This document shows positions 16,683-25,200 of a DNA stretch of 64,000 bases, one piece after another. The DNA lies in IMG/VR virus record IMGVR_UViG_3300046779_001679, positions 18,530 through 82,529 of that record. One strand, given 5' to 3'. The position numbers were made by a program, and so were the translations under genes. This DNA comes from a virus. Lineage: Duplodnaviria; Caudoviricetes. The notes below the pieces were generated by a model. That model had not been told where the DNA came from. It ran no database searches and saw only the letters and a program-made list of their open reading frames with translations. Each line of letters opens with the position of its first letter. Position 1 is the first letter of the stretch.

Positions 16683-17018
16683 ATGAGACCATTATGCCAA
16701 TGCGGTAAGCGTCCTAAAGCTATTAATTATTACAAGAATGGGCGCCCTTACTTTAGAAAATTTTGTGAAGTTTGCCTAACTAATGGGTTATATCATGGTA
16801 TACCACGATGGGAACGTGCCGGATATAAAATAAAAAACACCTGCGATAAGTGCGGATTTAAAAGTCCTTACTTAGAGGTGTTTAATGTGTTTCACGTCGA
16901 TGGCGACCTAAATAACTGCCGCCATACTAATCTTAAGACGGTGTGTTCAAATTGTCAAAGACTCCTGCATCGTGAAGGTGTGAAGTGGAAACAAGGTGAT
17001 CTTGTACCAGATCTTTAA
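16683..17018 (+). CDS. Zn-finger / HNH endonuclease-like protein
   Basis: CQC, CEVC, CDKC and CSNC cysteine pairs plus HVDGDLNN...NL...CSNCQRLLH (HNH signature). Confidence 0.75.
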   Translation: MRPLCQCGKRPKAINYYKNGRPYFRKFCEVCLTNGLYHGIPRWERAGYKIKNTCDKCGFKSPYLEVFNVFHVDGDLNNCRHTNLKTVCSNCQRLLHREGVKWKQGDLVPDL

Positions 17019-17631
17019 CCTTAGAAAACAGGTCATCAATGCTACCGTCGTTATCTAATACTGCGTCAAAATCTGTTCCTACCCATGCTGTTTCACTAGC
17101 ATGAATTCCTAATTTTTCAAGTTTAGATTTACTTGTTGACCAGGTAAAATTTTGTACTTCGCCCTTGTTTACGCTTAATGCAGAATCGTACCATTCTGGT
17201 AGATCTCCTCGTTTGACCCAAACAATAATGCCGCCTGCATCTCGAATTGATTTAATTTCGTTAGGGAATCTACAATCACTAATAACAATATCGTCTGTAG
17301 AATTACGAAGTTTGTTTTCTAAGCTAGCAATCCAAATATCATCATGAAAGCCTTTGCGGCAAACTTCAGTACCCCACAATTGTAGCATTAAACGCGGAGT
17401 TAAATTAGGCATGTTTAATCGTTCTGCCCACCACGGATCAACTTGTTCTCGCCATTCACGGGCTTGTTTTGTACGCCCTTCTAGCAGTGTTCGATCCCAG
17501 CCAAACACTTGTGCTACAGCATCTTTTAAACTGTTAGCAAAACTTTCTCTTCTAAATCCGTGAAAGTTAGTAAGATAATCGGCAATAGTATCTTTGCCTG
17601 AACCAATAAATCCGCAAACGCCTATAATCAT
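16933..17631 (-). CDS. gp1: Deoxynucleoside monophosphate kinase (T4 gp1-like)
   Basis: N-terminal P-loop IIGVCGFIGSGKDT, FA..LKD, TPR..LQ.WGTE..R, ISDCRFPNE, HASE. Confidence 0.9.
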   Translation of the reverse strand: MIIGVCGFIGSGKDTIADYLTNFHGFRRESFANSLKDAVAQVFGWDRTLLEGRTKQAREWREQVDPWWAERLNMPNLTPRLMLQLWGTEVCRKGFHDDIWIASLENKLRNSTDDIVISDCRFPNEIKSIRDAGGIIVWVKRGDLPEWYDSALSVNKGEVQNFTWSTSKSKLEKLGIHASETAWVGTDFDAVLDNDGSIDDLFSKVKDLVQDHLVSTSHLHDAGVFDNLNTPS

Positions 17632-17653
17632 AAGAAACCCCTCAATAAGTTCA

Positions 17654-17683
17654 AGTATATATTACTAAACTATGAGGGGTCAA
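17654..17683 (-). promoter_or_regulatory. Sigma70-like promoter for the dNMP kinase gene
   Basis: TTGACC (17683-17678), 18-nt spacer, TATACT (17659-17654). Confidence 0.65.
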
Positions 17684-17690
17684 GAGTTTG

Positions 17691-18110
17691 TTAGCCGTTT
17701 CCGTCGCCTGCTTCGATAACTTCTGCTGTAAATGGCCAAGGGCCTTGATGCCCGTTGTGACGCTTGTAATGGTCATATTTGTTATTGCTACGAGCATGAT
17801 TCATCATACGATCTGCAATTGTTTCTGCAAGATCGCGGCTTGCGTAGCTAGCAATAGCTGCCCACCCACCTTGGTGAGCACGCATCATTCTACGAATAGC
17901 TTCGTCCGGGCTTAAACGTGTAGCATGAATAATGGCTTCAACAACAACTTCCATTGGCGTAATAGGGTCATTTAAAATTACAACAGTAAACCCGCCTGGT
18001 AAGTGTACAGGAACTTCTTGCTGCTGACGATCCGGTGTTCTAACAGGAGGACGGTCAACAACGTCGGAATCACCTGCTTCTACAATTTTAATAAGTTCCC
18101 TAATGTTCAT
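17691..18110 (-). CDS. clpS: ClpS-like N-degron adaptor (divergent)
   Basis: VVILNDPITPMEVVV.AI......EA.R.MMRAHQ.G.A.I..Y...AET matches the ClpS core pattern V.L.NDD.TP.EFV...A...ML.VH..G.A....Y..E.AET. Confidence 0.75.
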   Translation of the reverse strand: MNIRELIKIVEAGDSDVVDRPPVRTPDRQQQEVPVHLPGGFTVVILNDPITPMEVVVEAIIHATRLSPDEAIRRMMRAHQGGWAAIASYASRDLAETIADRMMNHARSNNKYDHYKRHNGHQGPWPFTAEVIEAGDGNG

Positions 18111-18113
18111 AAA

Positions 18114-18881
18114 TTATCCTAAAACAAATGTATAAGGTACGCCGCCTGGCACTAGATTTTCAATTTCTTTTTCTAGCTTTTCAATTTCTTTTTCGCCCTC
18201 TTGTTTTAGGGTTGCACCATTCATTTGAATGCCACTGCCTGGGCCAGCAATGCTAGCAAACTTGCTACGAGCTTCACCTAACTGTAACTTAGCTACAGCT
18301 AAAGCATAGTCATAAAGCCATTGTTTAGCGTAAATATCGTCTAATAATGCCCAGTCTGGACGGTAGTTATACGTCTGGAGCAATATTTGCTCTCCTGCGG
18401 CAAAAGGACGTTGTAAAATAGTTAGCGTATGAGCTTGTTGTTTCCACTTATATTCGATATAACTACCGAACATACGTCCTACTAATTTTTGATACCCTGC
18501 AAACATTTCGTACGTTGCTAGTCCGCCCATCATTGTACCACTTAGCAAATAGGTATTTGTATATGCTAAGTTAAATGGTTCAAAAAGGGTACCGCCTGCG
18601 CCTAACCCACTTCTACTTCCAATTGCACGTCTAAACACATTTCTTACTTCTATTACTTCGTCGGGCAAGCGGTACTCGTTTTGATCCTGGATTAGTTCCA
18701 AGAACATATAGCTTTCTTCAACTGCGCCTGAACTACGCTGTCTATACTTTGTTAAAGCACGATTTAAAGCAATTTCTAAGTGCTTTGGATCAAGTTCAAC
18801 TTCTACCATTCCGTCACCTAGCATGGCGCGGACGTAATCAAATACTTGGTTTCTTTTTTGGACTGCGGTAATTTCAGACAT
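18114..18881 (-). CDS. gp13: Neck protein (T4 gp13-like)
   Basis: LG...VEVELD, Y.LP..VI.V, W...YALA..K..LGEARSKF, G.IQMNG..L..EG..E...LE.E; GGAG SD. Confidence 0.85.
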   Translation of the reverse strand: MSEITAVQKRNQVFDYVRAMLGDGMVEVELDPKHLEIALNRALTKYRQRSSGAVEESYMFLELIQDQNEYRLPDEVIEVRNVFRRAIGSRSGLGAGGTLFEPFNLAYTNTYLLSGTMMGGLATYEMFAGYQKLVGRMFGSYIEYKWKQQAHTLTILQRPFAAGEQILLQTYNYRPDWALLDDIYAKQWLYDYALAVAKLQLGEARSKFASIAGPGSGIQMNGATLKQEGEKEIEKLEKEIENLVPGGVPYTFVLG

Positions 18882-18898
18882 GTTTTGCTCTCCATGTA

Positions 18899-18918
18899 TA
18901 TTTAGCTACTGATAAATA
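18899..18918. promoter_or_regulatory. Back-to-back late-promoter boxes driving gp13 (minus) and gp14 (plus)
   Basis: TATTTA at 18899-18904 and TAAATA at 18913-18918, 8 bp apart; the plus-strand box is 5 nt before the ATG at 18924. Confidence 0.7.
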
Positions 18919-18923
18919 TCATT

Positions 18924-20345
18924 ATGCCACGAATATCTTTATATAAGCCCGAACGAGGGCAAGACTACAAGTTTATAGATCGACAAATTAGCGAAATGTT
19001 TCAGGCTGGCGGTACTGATGTGTTTTTGCACAAGTATTTAGGTGCAAATACTGCACAAGAAAATGCAACTGCTGATCAACCGCATTATGCAACTACTGCT
19101 GTCACTAACATACAAGACTTGTTGTTTTTAGAAAATAGAGATAGAAAATATGATAGTTCTATCTACAGAATTCGCGGGTTTTATAATGTACAAAACATTG
19201 ATTTTAATTTAAGTCAGTTTGGACTTTTTATTGATAACGATACGTTGTACATGACTGTACACATTAACGATTTTATTAGCTATGTAGGTCGTAAGCCAAT
19301 AAGCGGTGACGTTCTTGAATTACCACACTTAAAAGACAACTTTACGTTAGATGATCACGATTTTGGTATGCCCAGGTATTATGTAATCGAAGACGTAGGC
19401 CGTGCTAGCGAAGGATTTAGTGCTACGTGGTATCCGCATCTATACAGATTACGTGTCAAACGAATTACAGATAGCCAGCAATTTGCTGACATCCTTAATA
19501 AGCCTGCTTTAGATTCAAACGGGGATCCTGTATCTGATGGTACTACCCTAAGAGATTTAATCAGCACTCACAACACAGAATTAGCAGTTAATGATGTTAT
19601 TGTTGCACAAGCAGAAGTAGATGCTCCTAAGAGCGGATATGAAACAAGACAATTCTATACACTAGCTGTTGATCCTACTACAGGTAAAACAGTTTTAAAT
19701 ACTGCCGATACTTTGTCGTTAGATGCTAGCGTTACTTCAACAACGGCATTAGAATCAGCCGCAAGGCCTGTTAGAACTGGGTATACTGGTTACCTTGTTG
19801 GAGACGGATTCCCACAAAACGGCTACGATTTTGGTCACGGTATTCAATTCCCAGATAACCCAGGGCAAGACGATTTCTTTTTGCGTACCGACTTTATGCC
19901 TAATCGACTATTTAGATTTGATGGTACTAGATGGGCAAAGGTAGAAGATGCTGTTCGTATGAACATGACTAATAACGACACTCGATCAACTCTCAAGACT
20001 GGCTTTATTAATAACGATGCATTTATCTACAACGATATTGTAAAATCAGATTTTGTAACATTAAGTCGAGGTGATTATGTAATAGATACCAACATTGATT
20101 ACACTGTTACTGCACCATTCCTTGAATTTAAATTAAGTACAGTTGTATTTGGTTATCAACTATCAAGCTATACACCTTCGTTGATTAGCAATAACGGTGG
20201 AAAAATTAGAATTACATTGCCTGTTATTAACTTAGAACAACAAGTAATCCCAGAAGACGGTAGCTGGCGAATTAGTATGTGCAATAACAGAGAAGCACAA
20301 AGACAGAGTCTCAGCAAGGCTCTCAGACCTAAGGCGGATTTATAA
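18924..20345 (+). CDS. gp14: Neck protein (T4 gp14-like) with a C-terminal extension
   Basis: DLLFLENRDRKY, LSQFGLF..D, GDVLELPHL, Y.IEDV; divergent from gp13 and followed by gp15. Confidence 0.75.
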   Translation: MPRISLYKPERGQDYKFIDRQISEMFQAGGTDVFLHKYLGANTAQENATADQPHYATTAVTNIQDLLFLENRDRKYDSSIYRIRGFYNVQNIDFNLSQFGLFIDNDTLYMTVHINDFISYVGRKPISGDVLELPHLKDNFTLDDHDFGMPRYYVIEDVGRASEGFSATWYPHLYRLRVKRITDSQQFADILNKPALDSNGDPVSDGTTLRDLISTHNTELAVNDVIVAQAEVDAPKSGYETRQFYTLAVDPTTGKTVLNTADTLSLDASVTSTTALESAARPVRTGYTGYLVGDGFPQNGYDFGHGIQFPDNPGQDDFFLRTDFMPNRLFRFDGTRWAKVEDAVRMNMTNNDTRSTLKTGFINNDAFIYNDIVKSDFVTLSRGDYVIDTNIDYTVTAPFLEFKLSTVVFGYQLSSYTPSLISNNGGKIRITLPVINLEQQVIPEDGSWRISMCNNREAQRQSLSKALRPKADL

Positions 20346-21796
20346 TGCTTCATTTTTACGACGGGCAAATAAGAAGATACTTAACACAAGTTGTTCGTGT
20401 TATGAGCAATTTTACAGTTAAGTACGGAGATGGCACTTTAGTTAGAGTGCCCGTAATGTATGGTGATCCAGATAGGCAAGCTGCAACTATTTTAAGACAG
20501 AACTCTGAAAATAAAGTTAATTCAGTGCCACGTATTAGCGTTTATATTACTGGACTAGATATAGACAAAGAACGTTTGTCAGATGCATCCTTTGTTGGTA
20601 ACGTCCATATTAGAGAGCGTGAAATTAACAACTCTAACCCTAACAATCCAGTATATACTACCGGCCAAGGCCGTAACTATACTGTTGAAAGGTTAATGCC
20701 AACTCCTTTTAAACTCACATTAAAATGTGATATATGGGCTGCAAATACTGAACAAAAGTTACAAATATTAGAACAAATTTTAGTATTGTTTAACCCGAGC
20801 CTAGAACTACAAACATCGGACAATTATATCGACTGGACTAGTCTTAGCGTTTTAAACTTATCTCAAGTCACTTGGTCAAATAGAAGTATTCCGGTCGGTA
20901 CTGATAGTCCAATTGACATTGCTACACTAACCCTAGATACTCCGATTTGGATTAGTCCGCCTGTTAAGGTCAAGCACTTAGGTGTTATTACTAGCATTAT
21001 TACTAGTTTGCATCAAGGCGCTAGCACTGATAATAATGCCTATATCGAAGGTCTTGGACAACCGCTTGCAAGTTCAGAAGTTACATTATCAACACTGCTT
21101 GCACAAGACATTGTAACTATAACTGAATACAATATCGAAGTATATAACAACCAAGCAATTGTATTAGGTAAATCAGAAAGTACAATCCCTAGAGAACCAA
21201 CTTTAGACATTCCGGTAAGACAAGGCTCTCCAATTTCTTGGGAAGAAGTGTTTAGTTACTATCCTGCCAAATATGTTGCAGGGTCGTCGACGTTATACTT
21301 AGTACAGCCAAACGGATCAGAAATTGTAGGTACTGTTGCTATTAGTCCTTTAGATCCAACAGTATTACAAATTAATTGGGATGTTGACACTAGATCCCCG
21401 GATAATGATTTGCCAAGCCCAGGTGATAGAAGTGCCAACGGTGGAAGATCATTAGGTACATTCGATGCTATCATTGATCCACAAAAAGTTTATCCAGATC
21501 ACGGAATGACTGCATTAGTTTCTGGAGACAGATTCCTAATTGTTGAAGACATTATTGATACAAGCCAAAATAATATTAACGTGCAAGCATGGGGAGGCTT
21601 CCTTGCAAAAGCAAATGATATCATTGAATGGGACGGTACTCAATGGCATGTTATTTTTGAAGCAGCTCAGGAATCCAGTACACTGATATACCAAACTAAT
21701 ATATACAGTGGAGTTCAATATACATGGAATGGTGTATATTGGTCCAAATCATTTGAGGGCGTGTATTCTGCAGGAAAATGGAGAATAGAACTTTAA
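20345..21796 (+). CDS. gp15: Tail sheath stabilizer / tail terminator (T4 gp15-like) with a C-terminal extension
   Basis: HFYD.QIRRY, VPVMYG, PRIS, MPTPF.L....DIW, QILEQILVLFNP. Confidence 0.85.
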   Translation: MLHFYDGQIRRYLTQVVRVMSNFTVKYGDGTLVRVPVMYGDPDRQAATILRQNSENKVNSVPRISVYITGLDIDKERLSDASFVGNVHIREREINNSNPNNPVYTTGQGRNYTVERLMPTPFKLTLKCDIWAANTEQKLQILEQILVLFNPSLELQTSDNYIDWTSLSVLNLSQVTWSNRSIPVGTDSPIDIATLTLDTPIWISPPVKVKHLGVITSIITSLHQGASTDNNAYIEGLGQPLASSEVTLSTLLAQDIVTITEYNIEVYNNQAIVLGKSESTIPREPTLDIPVRQGSPISWEEVFSYYPAKYVAGSSTLYLVQPNGSEIVGTVAISPLDPTVLQINWDVDTRSPDNDLPSPGDRSANGGRSLGTFDAIIDPQKVYPDHGMTALVSGDRFLIVEDIIDTSQNNINVQAWGGFLAKANDIIEWDGTQWHVIFEAAQESSTLIYQTNIYSGVQYTWNGVYWSKSFEGVYSAGKWRIEL

Positions 21797-22236
21797 CAGA
21801 TAAAATTGTATGCAGCGGAGCTTTGTTCTACGCTAAATCTACACGAAGACTGTTACTGTTACAAAAATCACGCGGTAAGCATCAAGGAACTTGGGGGTTA
21901 GTTGGCGGAACTAACTTTCAAAATGAAAACCCATGGCAAGGACTTCAGCGAGAAGTTCAAGAAGAAATTGGACAAGTTCCTAAAATTTTAAAAACAATCC
22001 CATTAGAAACGTTCGTTAGTAACGACTCTGTGTTTAACTTTCACACCTATTTGTGTGTTGTCGAAAACGAATTTGTACCTACACTAAGCGACGAGCATAT
22101 TGCATGGGCTTGGTCAACTATTGACTATGCTCCTAAGCCCCTTCATCAAGGGCTTAGGAATAGTTTTTCTAACAAGACCATTCGCACTAAACTACAAACA
22201 GTGTTTGATTTAGTTAGTGTTATTGATAAACTTTAA
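21778..22236 (+). CDS. Nudix hydrolase
   Basis: Nudix box GG.....E.......REVQEEIG plus EH..WAW; exact start uncertain because it overlaps gp15. Confidence 0.85.
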   Translation: MENRTLTDKIVCSGALFYAKSTRRLLLLQKSRGKHQGTWGLVGGTNFQNENPWQGLQREVQEEIGQVPKILKTIPLETFVSNDSVFNFHTYLCVVENEFVPTLSDEHIAWAWSTIDYAPKPLHQGLRNSFSNKTIRTKLQTVFDLVSVIDKL

Positions 22237-25200
22237 GCCTGTGCTTCACCCCATCGAATAATAATATTCGACGAAACTGCTGTTCCAGAAGTCTTATATA
22301 CGTTAATAGCTAACACGTCTGGACCGTTAGGATAAGTTCCACGACCGCCTAGTGTAGTGTTAGTCAATTCTTTCAACGCAGACAAATCTAGCGAATTAGA
22401 TCCACCTGGTGTACTAATGAACGAGAATACAGTTTCCCCAGGCAACGCATATGGTGGTTGACCAAATTGGAATGTAACATTACTTCCGCCAGCAATTGTA
22501 GTAACAGAACTTTGTGTAAAGTTTACACGATAATACTGTGTTCCTGCAAATGCTGACAACACACTAATCGATTGTATCGAAGTACCACTTGGGAATTTAT
22601 CAACGTCAGCTACGGTTGTTCCAATACCGGCATTATATGTGTTAACTAAGGTTTCCCAACTTGCCTTTGTGAAATACAAGAACGAGCTGTTTGCACTTAG
22701 CACCGATGGTGTAAACGGAACTGTAGTTCCAAAGTTAACGTTGCTTGATGCTGTTTTACTTAACGTTAATACGTAGTAAGGAATATAATCAAACGTTAAT
22801 GATGATCCTGCCGATTGTGCAGTTAACAGTGTATTATTAAATGTTACAGTATAATAGTTTACTCCGTTAAATGTTTTCAACGAGCTAATTGTGCTAATCT
22901 GTGTTCCCGAAGCAAATTTTGTTGGGTCATTAACTAAACGACCAACTACTGCTGTTGCAACAGGTAACGCAGTCCAGCTTGATTGCGTAAAGTTCATCGA
23001 TGTTGAGCCAACGTTTGCTTGACCTGTAACTGAGAACGACGCAAAATTTAACGATGTATTATTAACAACTGATCCTGTTGAACTTCCGTTGAAGTTTCCA
23101 CCGATTCCGGTAAATTGTACATACTGGGTTGTACAAGCTGTTACAGTCCTAGTTCCATTAACTTGCGGAACTCCAGCATTACCTGAAACTGTGATAACTT
23201 CGCCTACAACATATGGAGCATAGGTTTGTGCTGGGTTAAAATAAATTGTAGCTGTTCCACCAGATACAATTGTATAGTATGTTGCAATAGTAGATCTTAC
23301 CGGGTTGTGAATTACCAACGAATTATTACTAAATGTCACAGTATAATAACTTTGTCCTGCTGCTACAGCTGGTCCAGTAACGTTAGTAACAGTAGTACCA
23401 GCTGGGAAATCTGTACTATAAACAGCCGTTCCAATTTGTCCGTTTAAAGCGGTCCAGCTTGCTTGGGTAAAATACAAGAAATTAACACCTGCCGCTGTTT
23501 TAAAGTTAGGACTTGGCGGTATTGTAGCATTACCTGTTATTAAGCCGATTGTTGTTGCAACCGGAGAAGGATTTTCAGCAATTGATGTTATTGTAGTACC
23601 GCTAGGGAATCTAGTTTCACTTGCGTCAACAGCAAAACCGGTTGTTGCTCCTAATGTGTCCCACGAATCCTTTGTTACATATAATGTGTTTGAACCTGAT
23701 ATTGTAGTGAACAACGCATTATTTGGAACTGTTGCGGTTCCAGATAATGTAGCAGTAGTTGTAGCAGTTGCGTTTGTAGTAGTAGCACCTCCAGACCAAC
23801 TAACCGAACCACCAGGTGCTACTTGTGCAAAGCTAGGCTGTCCACCAGCAGCAGATGTGTTTAATGCTGACCAAGTAATTGCTGTTGGGTCTGTCGGATA
23901 GTTTTGAGGATTTAAGATACCTTCAACAACTAAGCCGCCTGCACCTGCGTCTGACGTTACTTCAATGGCTTGTAAAAGCAATTGGGCTCGGTTGATTAAT
24001 TCTTTTTCTCCTAAGTCACCAACTTGTGCGTTAGAAACGCTAGGTGCTAAACGAATTAAGAACGCTGTTTGTTTTGTAGTCGAAGCTTGAACACCAGTTG
24101 ATGCATAGTTAAAAATGTATCCACGGTCTTCATCAAATAAACCGTCAGTTAAGAAAGCACTACCCCAGTGACTAATAATAGGAGTAATTGTGTTACTAAT
24201 TAATATTACACCAGTGTTAACTTCGTGTGTTGAAGCTGCTCCGGCTCTAAATAGTCGAGGTGCACCGCCTGTAAACTGAGGTAATGATGCAGATCTAGTA
24301 CAACCAGTTAATGTATTTCTATTTTTACCAGTAAACGCAATAACTTCATTGTCGACATAAATGTAACCTGATTCATCTGGGAACATTGTTGCATCAACTA
24401 ATGGAATAGTTGTTTGGGTTGCTGTAATCGATTCTCTTAATTTGCTGCTTGCGCCTTCGTTATGTACTTCGTATCGAACAGGCATGTTACCAGTACGCAT
24501 ATAAGCTTCTGTGTTTACGTTACTGTTACGAATACGGTGTGCAAATACGTAGTTACCGTCTGAGCCTCTTAGCATAAAGTCGATAAATCCAGCACCGTAC
24601 CATGACCATTGCATACCGATCATCTGCATCTTAGTAATATCTAGATTATATCCGCTTGGGCCGGTACCATCTAATTTGTCTAAGTTAAATTGACTTTGCG
24701 GAACTACTAGTTCTTGGACTAAGCAAATTTTACTTCCGACACAATCTTTTGCGCCACGGTAATCAGGAGTTACATACAACTTAGTTTGACTAGGGACACT
24801 AGTGACAACATGCGTCATTCCTTTGATAACAATTTTATCGCCGGCCTTAATTTGATCACGGAATCGTGTGTTTGTACCAGTTACTAAGTTTGTGTCTTTT
24901 TCAATATCTGCTACACCAGCTAGCTGGAATGTGCTAGATCTACGAACAACTGATAACTCTTTGCCATTGTATTGCCAGAACATACCGTTTTGTTCATCAA
25001 ACGTTCCTGCACGAACAGTTGACCCGTGCCAATTTAGAATCGACACTTGTGCATTACTTGAAATATACCCATATCTATTACCCAAAGTTGATTGAGCTTG
25101 AACTGTAAAAATACGTTCAGTCTGTATACTTACTACAGTGTATTCCCCGTTGAACCCAGTAGTGTCAACGCCGGAGATTCTAACTTTTCCACCTATTTGT

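Noticed and set aside
16933-17018. 86-nt convergent overlap of the HNH and dNMP kinase genes as a dual-coding element
   Set aside because: The kinase tail in the overlap looks like a non-conserved run-on past the catalytic domain; nothing suggests function.
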